Assembly: GCA_046292385.1 (NCBI GenBank)
Contig: JBKBRF010000006.1
Location: 96,001-160,000, forward strand
DNA: 64,000 nucleotides
From: Armatimonadota bacterium
Lineage (GTDB): Bacteria > Armatimonadota > SYMT01
Direction of reading: 5' to 3'
Under the pieces are notes generated by a model that did no database searches, was not told the origin of the DNA, and saw only the letters and a program-made list of their open reading frames with translations. Positions 9,700 to 22,692 of the stretch are shown in pieces. How positions within the stretch are numbered: the stretch's first letter is position 1; each line of letters opens with the position of its first letter. The position numbers and the translations under genes were made by a program.

Positions 9700-12167
9700 T
9701 GACTGACGTCGGATGCTCTCGCTTCGGACGCGGGCGCGCGGCGCTGCCGATGCTCTTCGCCTGGCTGGCGGCGGCGGTCCTGCTCGCCGTGATCCCTCCA
9801 GCGGCTCAGGCACAGGCGGCGGCGGTCTCGCGACTCGGGTTCGTTCCGGCTCGCGCTGCCGGCGGGGGGTTCCACCTCGACGCCGGCCCGCACCGCTTCT
9901 ACTTTTCGGCGGAGGGGATTGCCGTCCGGCTGGCGGGGAGCCGGCGCGGGAGCAGCTGGAGCGTACGGATCGATTTCGAAGGAGCACGCCGCGTCGCTCC
10001 GGTGGCCGCAGGCGCCGGCGGCACCCGCGTCAGTCACTTCTCGGGTAGCGCGGCGGAGTGGACTTCCGTCCGGAGCTCCACCGAAATCGTCTATCGAGAG
10101 CTGTGGGCCGGGATCGATCTCCGCCTGAGCGCTGCGGACCGCCGCCTGAAGTACGAGTATCTCGTCTCGCCGGGGGCGAGTCCCGCCGCGATCCGGCTGC
10201 GCTACCGGGGCGCCAGCCTCTCGCTCGACGGTCAGGCGCTCTCCATCTCCACTCCGGCGGGGGTGCTCCGGGACGAGCCGCCGATCGCGTATCAGGAAAT
10301 CGACGGCGAGCGCCGCCCCGTGACATGCGCCTATCAGGTGGAAAGCGACCGGTGCGGCTTCGAATTGGGCGCATGGGACCCCACCCGCGCGCTGGTGATT
10401 GATCCGGTGCTCCTGGTCTCCTGCGGCTACTTCGGGGGCGACCTGGAGGAGGAAGTCCTCGACCTGACGGTCGATCGACAGGGCTACCTCTACCTCGTCG
10501 GAGCCGCGATCACGCGTCAGGACAGCTTCCCCGTTCGGGTGGGTCCGGATTCTACCTATAACGGCGGCTGGAGAGATGCCTTCGTGGCGAAGCTGACGCC
10601 GGACGCCGCTGAGATCCTCTACTGCGGCTATCTGGGGGGAAGAGGGTACGAGTGGGCTGCCGCGGTAGCCGTGGATGAAACCGGCGCCGCCTACCTCGCC
10701 GGCATGACCGATTCCACCGAAGCTTCCTTTCCAGTGCGGAGGGGACCGATCCTGACCCTGAGCAAGTACCGGGAGGCCTTCGTAGCCAAGGTGGCGCCGG
10801 ACGGCTCGGAGCTGGAGTACTGCGGGTATATCGGCGGGTCTGGCTACGACTACGCTGCGGACATCGTGGTGGACCGGCAGGGCCGCGCCACGGTTTGCGG
10901 AGGGACTGACTCCGAGGACCTACCGGTGCGTGTCGGTCCGTCGCTCTCGCTCTCACGCGGCGAATACTCCGACGATGATGGCTTCCTCGCCCGGGTTTCC
11001 GAGGATGGCTCGACGCTGGAGTTCTGCGGCTACCTGGGTGGGACGGGCACGGACTATGTCGCGTCGATCGCCCTCGCGCCGGACGGAAGCGTGTGCGCAG
11101 CCGGCACTACTTTCTCCGTGGACGGTCCGTTTCCGGCACCAGAGGCGCGAGCCGCGTTCCACCACGAGCCCCAGGACGGCTTCATCGCGCGGATCGCTGC
11201 GGACGGCTCCCGGATTCTCTCCACGCGCCGGTTAGGTGGGGACTCGGCGGACAGCCTTTCGTACCTCCGCCTGGACGGGAGTGGCAGGCTCTACGTGGCC
11301 GGCTACACCCGGTCCGATGAGGAGAGCCTGCCGGTGACCGTGGGACCCGACCTCACGGCGAACCGCTGGCGTTCCTCCGACTACCTGAATTACGGCGGCT
11401 TCGTGGCGCGGCTCTCCGCAGACCTGGAGACGATCGAATACTGTGGCTATCTCAGCGGCGAGCTCGAGAGCTGGATCCGCGGCATCGCCCTCGATGACCG
11501 AGACCGCCTGCTGGTGTGTGGGGTAGTATGGAGTTCCGACCGCGGCTTTCCGGTGCTTCCGGCTCCCAACCCGGTCGCCCGCGGCAGCAAAGAGGCCTTC
11601 GTCGCCCGGGTGAGCGAAAGCGGCGCGGAACTGGAGCTCAGCGGTTTCGTTGGCGGCGAGGGGGAAGACCGAGCGACAGATATCGAGGTCGGGCCGGACG
11701 GGTCGGTGTGGGTGGCCGGAAACACCACCTCCGCGCAGACCAGCTTCCCCGTACGCGAGGCGGGGGACATGGAGCTCGGGCGCGTCATTCGCCGGCATCC
11801 CCAGCAGGACGGGTTCCTCGCCCGCTTCGCGGAATGGGACCTGGCACCCGGCGACCGGGGAAAGCTCGGCGCGCTTCCGGCGCAGGTCGGGCTCGGCTCC
11901 GCGCTTCGTGGGAGCGAGCGGACCGCAACGGTGACCCTCCGCAACCGCAGCGGCCGGAACCCGCTGGTGGTGGACGTGCCCCGGCTGCCGGAGCCGTTCG
12001 AGGCGTCCCCGACCGGAGTGCTGCGGATCCCGGCACAGGGGCAGGCGGAAGTGACGATCACCTTCCGCCCCACCGCGCGGATCCGGTACACCACCTCGCT
12101 GGTGCTCACGACCAGCGATCCGAAGCGGCCCCTGGCGCAGATCCCGATCCTCGGACGCGGACGGTAG
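9696..12167 (+). CDS. Second SBBP-repeat beta-propeller protein (paralog of the upstream gene) with C-terminal ASH/Ig-like domain
   Basis: Same architecture (YRELWAGIDL, WDPTRALVIDP, YCGYLGG repeats); ATGA overlap with upstream stop; AQAQA signal cleavage site. Confidence 0.85.
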   Translation: MMTDVGCSRFGRGRAALPMLFAWLAAAVLLAVIPPAAQAQAAAVSRLGFVPARAAGGGFHLDAGPHRFYFSAEGIAVRLAGSRRGSSWSVRIDFEGARRVAPVAAGAGGTRVSHFSGSAAEWTSVRSSTEIVYRELWAGIDLRLSAADRRLKYEYLVSPGASPAAIRLRYRGASLSLDGQALSISTPAGVLRDEPPIAYQEIDGERRPVTCAYQVESDRCGFELGAWDPTRALVIDPVLLVSCGYFGGDLEEEVLDLTVDRQGYLYLVGAAITRQDSFPVRVGPDSTYNGGWRDAFVAKLTPDAAEILYCGYLGGRGYEWAAAVAVDETGAAYLAGMTDSTEASFPVRRGPILTLSKYREAFVAKVAPDGSELEYCGYIGGSGYDYAADIVVDRQGRATVCGGTDSEDLPVRVGPSLSLSRGEYSDDDGFLARVSEDGSTLEFCGYLGGTGTDYVASIALAPDGSVCAAGTTFSVDGPFPAPEARAAFHHEPQDGFIARIAADGSRILSTRRLGGDSADSLSYLRLDGSGRLYVAGYTRSDEESLPVTVGPDLTANRWRSSDYLNYGGFVARLSADLETIEYCGYLSGELESWIRGIALDDRDRLLVCGVVWSSDRGFPVLPAPNPVARGSKEAFVARVSESGAELELSGFVGGEGEDRATDIEVGPDGSVWVAGNTTSAQTSFPVREAGDMELGRVIRRHPQQDGFLARFAEWDLAPGDRGKLGALPAQVGLGSALRGSERTATVTLRNRSGRNPLVVDVPRLPEPFEASPTGVLRIPAQGQAEVTITFRPTARIRYTTSLVLTTSDPKRPLAQIPILGRGR

Positions 12168-12176
12168 CGCCGGGGC

Positions 12177-13175
12177 CTACTTCTGCGTGTAGGTCCACTC
12201 CAGGACGACGTCGCCGACCACCTTCAGCGACTCCGGGCTGCACTTGTCCGGCGTGTCTTCCAGGGTGTGCCACCAGGAGTGGCCGGGGCCGTAGTTGAAG
12301 TCGATCAGGTCGATCACGCGGAGGCCTTTGGCGTGGAGCTGCACGTGGTCGTCCTCGATCGGGCCGCCGATCCGCTTCGGGAAGTGGCGGGCGTAGCCGA
12401 GACGGTGGGCGGTGTCGTAGACGCTGTAGAGCACGTCCCGCGCGGCCTGGAGCGAGTTGCTCTCCATCGGGATCTGGAGGTCGCGGTCGCCGACCATGTC
12501 GAGCAGGATGCCCTTCTTCGGCGTGTCGGCGGGGAGGTGCTCCGCGAAGTAGCGGGAGCCGAAGAACATGTCTTCCAGGCCGGGGCCCACGTCCTCGCCG
12601 TCGAACAGGACGATCATCACCGGGACGGGCGGGGGCGAGGCCTTGAAGACGCGGGCCGCTTCGAGCAGCACGGCGACCCCGGAGGCGCCGTCGTTCGCGC
12701 CCGCGATCGGGGTGGCGCGGCGGGCGGCGGTCCGCTCGTAGTCGGCGGTGGGGCGCGTGTCCCAGTGGGCGGTAAGCAGCACGCCCTTGTCGTCGCCGCC
12801 CGTGCCGGTGCCCTTCCACCGCGCGATGACGTTGGTCATCGGCAGCTTCTTGCCGCCGCTCTCCACCGTAAAGTCCTGCCGCTCGACCCGGTCCGCCAGC
12901 GGCTTCAGCGTCTCGACCAGGTAATCCCGGCACGCCGCGTGCCCTTTGCTGCCGGGCACGCGCGGACCGAACGCCACCTGCTTCTCGAGCTGCGCGAACG
13001 CCGCCGCCTTGTCGAACGCCGGCCGCTTTCCGCCGGCAGGCGCGTTGTCCTCCCGGCTGCCTGCCTGGAACAGCAGCAGCGCGCCGAGCGCCGCGCCGGC
13101 GCCCAGCAGCAGCCAGCGCGGGCGCAGGGCGGCGGGCTGGGCGGCGGGGGCGCTACCCGGACGGCGCGCCGCCAT
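12177..13175 (-). CDS. M28 family peptidase / zinc glutaminyl cyclase-like protein
   Basis: AHWDTRP, GANDGASG, FDGED, LLDMVGD, DDH, WHTLEDT zinc-site motifs; N-terminal hydrophobic anchor; start uncertain (13175 or 13202). Confidence 0.9.
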   Translation of the reverse strand: MAARRPGSAPAAQPAALRPRWLLLGAGAALGALLLFQAGSREDNAPAGGKRPAFDKAAAFAQLEKQVAFGPRVPGSKGHAACRDYLVETLKPLADRVERQDFTVESGGKKLPMTNVIARWKGTGTGGDDKGVLLTAHWDTRPTADYERTAARRATPIAGANDGASGVAVLLEAARVFKASPPPVPVMIVLFDGEDVGPGLEDMFFGSRYFAEHLPADTPKKGILLDMVGDRDLQIPMESNSLQAARDVLYSVYDTAHRLGYARHFPKRIGGPIEDDHVQLHAKGLRVIDLIDFNYGPGHSWWHTLEDTPDKCSPESLKVVGDVVLEWTYTQK

Positions 13176-14275
13176 GGCTGCGGAACTGTTTGAGGTAGGC
13201 ATGGGTCAGCGGCTCGATCTCTCCGTCCATGACGGCGATGATGTTCCCGGTCTCGAAGTTGGTCCGGTGGTCCTTCACCAGCGTGTAGGGCTGGAAGACG
13301 TAGGAGCGGATCTGGCTGCCCCATTCGATGGCGCGCTGCTCCCCGCGGATCGCCGCCATCTGCTCTTCCTGCTTCTTCCGCTCGATCTCCGCCAGGCGGG
13401 AGCGCAGCACCTTCATCGCGAACTCGCGGTTCTTGAGCTGCGAGCGCTCGTTCTGGCACGCCACCACGATCCCGGTGGGGAGGTGGGTGATCCGGACCGC
13501 CGTCTCGTTCTTCTGGACGTTCTGGCCGCCGGCACCGCCGGAGAGATAGGTGTCGATCCGAAGCTCCTTCGGATTGATCTCCACCTCCACGTCCTCCTCG
13601 ATCTCCGGGACCACGTCCAGGCTCGCGAAGGAGGTATGGCGGCGCTTGTTCGCGTCGAACGGCGAGATACGGACGAGTCGATGGACCCCGTGCTCGCTCT
13701 TCAGGTTCCCGTAGGCGTACGGGCCCTTCACCAGCACGGTCACGCTCTTGTAGCCGGCTACTTCCCCCGGCACCTCGTCCAGGATCTCCGTGGTAAAGCC
13801 GGCCCGCTCCGCCCAGCGCAGGTACATGCGCAGCAGGATGGAGACCCAGTCGCACGCCTCCGTACCACCCGCGCCGGCGTTGATCTCCATGATCGCGTTG
13901 GCGGCGTCGTGCTTACCGGAGAGGATGTCAGCCAGCTCCAGCCGCTCCCACTCGCCCTGCGCGGCGTCCAGCTCGCCGCGGATCTCGTCCGCATAGCTGG
14001 AGGGGTCCGCCTCTTCCGCCGCAAGCTGGAGCAGCACCTCGGCGTCATCCAGCCGGCGGCGCAGCGTGTGCCACGGCTCCACCGCCTGCTCCAGGCGGCT
14101 CAATTCCTGCATTGTCTTCTGGGCGGCCTCGGCCTGGTCCCAGAAGCCCGGCTTCAGGGTCTCCGCGCGGAGACCGGCAATGCGCGCATCTTTGCCCGGG
14201 ACGTCAAAGATGCCTCCCCAGCTCTTCGACGCGTTCCGAAAGAGCTGTTACTTCTCGGCCAAGTTCTTCAAGCAT
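13153..14275 (-). CDS. prfB: Peptide chain release factor 2 (programmed +1 frameshift at codon 23)
   Basis: SPF and GGQ motifs; ATG at 14275 gives MLEELGREVTALSERVEELGRHL then CTT TGA C; the +1 frame continues DVPGKDARIA...FWDQ into the long ORF. Confidence 0.96.
14203..14219 (-). promoter_or_regulatory. prfB autoregulatory frameshift site (internal Shine-Dalgarno plus CTT TGA C)
   Basis: Minus strand reads GGGGAGG CAT CTT TGA C. Confidence 0.93.
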
Positions 14276-14422
14276 TCGTCATCCAGACTTGCGCGAGCGT
14301 GTCGCGTTTAGGGCTTCGCCCAGGGTGTAGCGTTTAGGGGGTAGGGTGTAGGTCTGTGGTGAGCCGGGGTGCCACTCGTGCACCTGTCCCTCTGTCCCTC
14401 TATCGCTCCGTCCCGAAGGGCG

Positions 14423-14644
14423 TTATTCCCGGTCCAGCCACTGCTGGTACAGCTCGGCCTGTCGCTGCACCTGCTCGCGGAACCGGCGCACGAACGGGGT
14501 GTCCTCGTCGTGCAGCCAACCATATCCCAGCGCCGCCGCGAAGGAGCGGCTCTTCAGGATCTCCGCCGCATACATCGCCGGCGGATAGGAGACGGCGTAG
14601 ACCGCCTCCTCGTTTCCGTCATTCACGCGCTGCTGATCGTCCAC
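14423..14644 (-). CDS. Small hypothetical protein (73 aa) between secA and prfB
   Basis: GTG start with GGAG upstream; GC3-rich codons; same strand as both neighbours. Confidence 0.65.
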   Translation of the reverse strand: MDDQQRVNDGNEEAVYAVSYPPAMYAAEILKSRSFAAALGYGWLHDEDTPFVRRFREQVQRQAELYQQWLDRE

Positions 14645-14692
14645 GGGAGCATCTCCGCGGCGGGACAGACTACCGCCCGCCGCGTGCCGGGG

Positions 14693-17803
<3,111 letters not shown>

Positions 17804-17824
17804 CAGGGGATCACCTCGGCGGGT

Positions 17825-17854
17825 ATTTTAACAGGCTGCACGGGTCCAGTTCAA
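17825..17854 (-). promoter_or_regulatory. Putative sigma70 promoter for secA
   Basis: Minus strand TTGAAC-18 nt-TAAAAT with TG extension, followed by a GAGGTG RBS. Confidence 0.5.
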
Positions 17855-18074
17855 TAAAGCGAGGCTGCGAGGGGACCGGGTTCCATGCTCCAGAGAAAAG
17901 ACGCGCGACGGCGGCGGTTTCCAGCAGCGGAACCGGTGCGGGCGGGGCCTGAGAGAGATACGCACCGGGCACGCCGCGCGTGCCCGGTGCGATGCGAGTT
18001 CCGCCGGCAGCAGCCGACCTCCACATGATGTCATCGCCCGGGGGTCAGGCGACCGCTCGGCGCTGCGTCGGGGA

Positions 18075-20183
18075 CTACCGGCGACCGAGCTGTACCATCA
18101 TGTGGCTCTGGCGGTCCACGAGCTGCCGGTACTCGTTTCGTTCTACCGGATTTCGCACGATCTGCTGGGCGAGCTGGGGGTAACCCACCAGGTGGGTGTA
18201 GAGAGCCACCTCGATCCGATCCGCGGACGACCAGTGCTGCGATCTCGCGCTGGGGGATGCCGCGGCCCGGGCGAGCTTCTCCGCCTTCTTCTCGTTACCG
18301 AGCCACTTCGGGTGGTAGAGCTGCAGTCCCCAGTGGTAGACGCTCGCCTGCTCCGGGAACTGCCGGAGGATGCGGCTGAACGCCTCGTCCGCCAACTCCT
18401 CCTCCCCGCAGAATGCGGCGGAGCACGAGAGCCCCAGTCCGGAGGTGAGGTTCCGCGGATCGAGCTCCGCCGAGCGGAAGTCGGCCTCCAGCCAGAACGG
18501 GTAGAGCTTCTGGCACGCGGCCAGCTCGTCCGGCTGCATCTGGTCGACCGTACGGCCGCGCCGGATTGAGTCGGCCCAGTTGGCATAGCGGTCGCCGAGG
18601 ATCGCCCACGCGGTCGGGCTCTCCATGTTGCAGCGCACCGCCTCTTGCGCTTCCTTGATACTGCTGGCGAACTTCTTCTCCTGCTGGTAGGCACCGGAGA
18701 CGGCGACCCGGAGGAGGTAGTTGGAGGGGTTGAGCGCGACGCCGCGGTGGATCGCCCGCGTGAAGCGGGGATCCAGGCCGGCACCGGTGCCGCCGAGCGT
18801 TTGCGCGTACTGTGCCAGAACGAGCGGGTGGATGTCGTCCGGCTTCAGAGCGTCCTGGATCTCGAACAGGCTGTTGTAGTCTTCGACTACCGCGCGGTTC
18901 ATCAGGAAGTAGAACGCCCCGAGCACCCCCCGCTGCGAAACCTCTCGCAGCCGCTCGGTTGCCGCCGCGCCGATCGACTCGACCGGCACCCACGGCAAGC
19001 CCCCCAGGAACGTCAGGTCCGAAGCCGACTCCTGCACGTGCGTCGGCCCCGGCTGCGGCACCGCACCGGCGCGGCGGACCAGGGCCCGCGCGGCTTCCGG
19101 AAGCTGTGCGAGAACCTGCGCGCGGGAGCCGGAGAGGCGAATGGGAGCACCGACCGCCTTGCCGGAGGGAACCTCCAGCACGCGATAGGTGAGGACGCAG
19201 CGCGATCCGCTGCCCCGGATCTCGCCCACCGCGGCGTGGCTCACTCCCAGGCCCGTCGCCAAATAGGGAGCCTCACGCGGCGTGATCCGCAGGTGGGTCC
19301 GCTTGAGGGTCCGGCAGATCGAGTAACTGGAGGTCCAGAGCGGGGTCCGCCCGAGCTGCGGGTGCGCGCCAGCGGTAAACTGCAGCCAGCGCCCGCAGCC
19401 GGCGCCGAAGGCGGCGGTCTCCGCGTTCGCGCCCTGGGGAACCGGATCGCACACCTGCAGCCCGCCGCCGGACGGTTTCGGAGTGAGCTCGTGAAGCCCC
19501 GTCGACGGCACTTCGATCGAGACCGGGTCCCGCGCCGGAGCGGGGGGCGCCGCCGTGGGGTTGAAGCTGCCGGCCTGAGAGGCGACAGTACGGAGCCGCT
19601 CCCGGAGGTAGATCCACCCGGCGCTTCCAAATATGGCGACCACGGCTACTCCCACGGCAATTCCGGCCAGGAGCCCCAGGCGCGCCGCTCCGGTGAGCGG
19701 CGGACGAGACGGCCTCGCGACCGGGGGCGCTACCGCCTGTGCTACCCGCGGGGCTGCAGGGGCCGCCGGTGCCGACGGCGGCGTGACGGCGGGCGCGCTT
19801 ACGCGAGAGGCCTCCTGCACGGGCCGACTGCCGGCACGGCTCTCCAAACGCCGGAGCGCCTCCGCCGCGGCAGCATGCGTGCGGTCCAGCATCACCGCCT
19901 GCCGGAGCCGGCCGGCGGCCTCTTCGGGCCGTCCTGCCCGCTCCAGCGCCAGACCCAGGTTGTAGTGCATCGCGGCGGAGCCGGGAGCCAGAGTCGCGGC
20001 GTGATGTAGGCACCGCAGAGCCGCCTCCGAGTTGCCCAGGTGGCCGTATGCGACTCCCAGGTAACCCCACGCACCGGCATCCACCGGCACGGCTTCCACC
20101 GCGCGCCGCAGATGCTCCACCGCCGCGCGAGGGTCGCCCCGCCGCAGCGCCGCCAGTCCCAATTCTCGATCGGATGCACTCAT
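18075..20183 (-). CDS. Membrane-anchored TPR protein (N-terminal TPRs, Pro/Ala linker, single TM, C-terminal TPR/DUF4034-like region)
   Basis: AWGYLGVAY, MHYNLGLALE TPR motifs; TM LGLLAGIAVGVAVVAIFGSAGWIYL; C-terminal NWADSIRRG...LYHPKWLG resembles DUF4034. Confidence 0.78.
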   Translation of the reverse strand: MSASDRELGLAALRRGDPRAAVEHLRRAVEAVPVDAGAWGYLGVAYGHLGNSEAALRCLHHAATLAPGSAAMHYNLGLALERAGRPEEAAGRLRQAVMLDRTHAAAAEALRRLESRAGSRPVQEASRVSAPAVTPPSAPAAPAAPRVAQAVAPPVARPSRPPLTGAARLGLLAGIAVGVAVVAIFGSAGWIYLRERLRTVASQAGSFNPTAAPPAPARDPVSIEVPSTGLHELTPKPSGGGLQVCDPVPQGANAETAAFGAGCGRWLQFTAGAHPQLGRTPLWTSSYSICRTLKRTHLRITPREAPYLATGLGVSHAAVGEIRGSGSRCVLTYRVLEVPSGKAVGAPIRLSGSRAQVLAQLPEAARALVRRAGAVPQPGPTHVQESASDLTFLGGLPWVPVESIGAAATERLREVSQRGVLGAFYFLMNRAVVEDYNSLFEIQDALKPDDIHPLVLAQYAQTLGGTGAGLDPRFTRAIHRGVALNPSNYLLRVAVSGAYQQEKKFASSIKEAQEAVRCNMESPTAWAILGDRYANWADSIRRGRTVDQMQPDELAACQKLYPFWLEADFRSAELDPRNLTSGLGLSCSAAFCGEEELADEAFSRILRQFPEQASVYHWGLQLYHPKWLGNEKKAEKLARAAASPSARSQHWSSADRIEVALYTHLVGYPQLAQQIVRNPVERNEYRQLVDRQSHMMVQLGRR

Positions 20184-20446
20184 CGCGCCAAAACCTCCAG
20201 GTCGCGGTATTGCGCTAATTCATACTCATCTGAAAGAGGAACAGTTCCTTGAGGCACCACTGACTGACCGTTTCCGCCACGAACCGGCGCGGGCACCGGC
20301 TTGTGGAGACAATAGGAATGCGGATGGCCCGCAGCCCACAGCGGCAGGAACGCACGACGCGCGCTCCGAATCTGCCCCACGGCGCACCGCGCCCTCCCTC
20401 TCACCCTCTCGCCGCGCGCTTCCCCGGCGCTTCGAAAGTCATCGAT

Positions 20447-21769
20447 ATGAAGATCTCTCTACACAACGCACTCCTCGGCGCCGCCGCCGCCGGCCTCGCT
20501 GTCGGCGTAACCGTGGGGATCGCCACCCAGGCCAGGGCGCAGGACCGCCCTTCGGAGCCGCAGCTTCCCTCGGAAGACCTGCTTCACCGGCCCGGGAAGG
20601 CCGCACGGCGCTTCGACGACTTCGTCTACACCGCGAAGGAGCGCCGGGAAGAGGCGGCGGAGAAGGTGGCCCGCGTGCGCAAGTGGCTCGCGGAGAAGAA
20701 GCTGGACGGCGTGCTGATCGCCACGGAGCGGAACCTCAACTGGATCACGGCGGGCGGCAAGGACAACGTCGTCTGGGTGCAGCGCGAGTCGCCGGTGAAG
20801 CTGCTGGTCACAGCGGACAAGCTCTCCCTGATCGCGGACAACATCGAAGGCCCGCGTGTGATGACCGAAGAGCTGGACGGCCTCGGCTACCAGTGGCTCC
20901 GGTACAACTGGCACGCGAAGGAGGCGGATGCCCTGGCGCCGCTGATCCGGGGAAAGAAGATCGCCTACGACCTCCCCGCCGTCGCCGCCGCGCAGAAGGC
21001 CGACCCGGTGGCGCAGGTAGTCGACTTCTCCCAGCTCTACTTCCCGATCACCGCGGGAGAGCAGAAGAAGTACCGCTGGCTCGGCCGGAAGACGGCCGAA
21101 GTGCTGGAGCAGGTCTCCACGGCGATCCGGCCGGGAATGACGGAGCACGACCTCCAGTACCTGCTGGCGCGCGAGCTCTGGTACTGGGACATCGTGCCGA
21201 CGGTGATCCTCTCCGCGGTCGACGAGCGCTTCCGCACCTACCGTCACCCGGTGGTCACCGGCGCCGAGTTGAAGAAGTATGCCGCGCTGAACGTCTGCAC
21301 GCGCCGGTGGGGCCTGGTCGTCTCCACCACCCGCGTGGTGCACTTCGGTCAGCCGGACGAGAAGCTGGCAAAGGCGTGGGCGGACGGCCCGAAGGTGATG
21401 GCGGCGATGTGGGCCGCCTCTCGCCCCGGCAACACGCTGGGAGAGGTGGTCCGCGCCGCGCAGAAGGCTTACGGGCAGATCGGCCACCCGGAGGAGTGGA
21501 AGCTGCACCACCAGGGCGGCCCGATCCTTACCCTGGAGCGGCTCTTCCTGGCGCAGCCGGACGACGGCACGAAGATCGTCCCCGGCATGGTGCTCGCCTG
21601 GAACCCCACGGTCCAGGGCGCCAAGTTCGAGGACACCGTCCTGGTGAAGGAAGACGGCACCCTCGAGAACCTGACCCCCGCCCTCGGCTGGCCGACCGTC
21701 CAGGTCGGAGCCGGCGGCCGCACCTACGCCGTTCCCGGATTGAAGGTGCTGCCGGCACCTGGGCGCTAA
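20447..21769 (+). CDS. M24 (Xaa-Pro peptidase/creatinase fold) family protein with signal peptide
   Basis: Creatinase-like N-domain (LDGVLI..ERNLNWIT.G), IRPGMTE, HHQGG, WNPTVQGAKFEDT; signal MKISLHNALLG...QARA. Confidence 0.82.
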   Translation: MKISLHNALLGAAAAGLAVGVTVGIATQARAQDRPSEPQLPSEDLLHRPGKAARRFDDFVYTAKERREEAAEKVARVRKWLAEKKLDGVLIATERNLNWITAGGKDNVVWVQRESPVKLLVTADKLSLIADNIEGPRVMTEELDGLGYQWLRYNWHAKEADALAPLIRGKKIAYDLPAVAAAQKADPVAQVVDFSQLYFPITAGEQKKYRWLGRKTAEVLEQVSTAIRPGMTEHDLQYLLARELWYWDIVPTVILSAVDERFRTYRHPVVTGAELKKYAALNVCTRRWGLVVSTTRVVHFGQPDEKLAKAWADGPKVMAAMWAASRPGNTLGEVVRAAQKAYGQIGHPEEWKLHHQGGPILTLERLFLAQPDDGTKIVPGMVLAWNPTVQGAKFEDTVLVKEDGTLENLTPALGWPTVQVGAGGRTYAVPGLKVLPAPGR

Positions 21770-21812
21770 GGGGTTGTGGGAAGTCATTGACACGTTTTGC
21801 AGTGGAGTTCTG

Positions 21813-21862
21813 AGCCCGCGCAGGCGGGCTTCGCTCCGTGTAGCCTCGACTTTAGTCCGAGG
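21813..21862. repeat. REP-like palindrome, family A (inverted copy)
   Basis: agcccgcgcaggcgggcttcg...tagcctcgactttagtccgagg forms two hairpins; the reverse complement parallels 49294-49342. Confidence 0.65.
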
Positions 21863-22122
21863 CGAAAGCGGCCAGTCACTCCAGCGCACCCCTTAGTTAG
21901 CCGCTCGCGCGCGCCCTGCACGGGACCCACAGAAACGTGAGACCATCATCGCGTTCGCCGAACCTGCGGAGGCGGACCGCCCGCCACGCTATTGTTTCAT
22001 TGAAGACAGCACGATACCTTGACCCCGAAAGATCGTTCCGACAGAAGGCGGCTCGGCGCGAGGTTTCGAAGTGCTGCTTCGTGTAATTAGAATTCCGACC
22101 AACGCTCCCGAAAGGAAATAGC

Positions 22123-22692
22123 ATGGCACTACAGCTCATTTGCTCGATCAGTGCTGTGTCAAGGGATTGCATCGAGGAAGTGCTCCCTTTCACCGCATCG
22201 GACGACAACGTCGAGCGAGTCCGTCGGCTTTATGGCTCCACCGGACTCCAGTATCCGTCGCAATTCGCGTGCCTCATCGCAACTTCGTCACCTGCCAAGC
22301 CGGAATGGATAGCAGCGTTTGGACTGAAGCGGCAAGCGAATGTTCGCCGGGTAACACAGATGGTGTCGCCGGCTGAAACTGCGATAACGGGTTCTTCAGT
22401 CCTGAAGCAACTAAACGGATCGGGTATCGTGATTGTCACTGTCGAGGAGCTACTGGATGAGGTAGCCGTGGCTGCACCCGGGGACATCTCGGATATCGCT
22501 TCCAAGAGTGGTCAATCGTTGGTTGATCTCAGCGCCATGGCTACCCGTGAGGAGAAGCGAAGGTTGCTCTTGGATCTGGAGCGTCGGGCGAAGAATACGT
22601 ATTGCGAGGCCAGAATCCACAGGCCGTTGATCCGCAGCGATATCAAGGAAGTCTTTAGTCTGTCCGAGTTCCATCGGTACACCAGGAGCTAA
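22123..22692 (+). CDS. Hypothetical protein in an AT-richer patch
   Basis: 189-aa ORF with AAGGA RBS; codon usage visibly unlike neighbouring genes. Confidence 0.6.
   Translation: MALQLICSISAVSRDCIEEVLPFTASDDNVERVRRLYGSTGLQYPSQFACLIATSSPAKPEWIAAFGLKRQANVRRVTQMVSPAETAITGSSVLKQLNGSGIVIVTVEELLDEVAVAAPGDISDIASKSGQSLVDLSAMATREEKRRLLLDLERRAKNTYCEARIHRPLIRSDIKEVFSLSEFHRYTRS

Noticed and set aside
13153..14112. prfB as an N-terminally truncated gene or pseudogene
   Set aside because: The canonical programmed frameshift restores the full-length protein.
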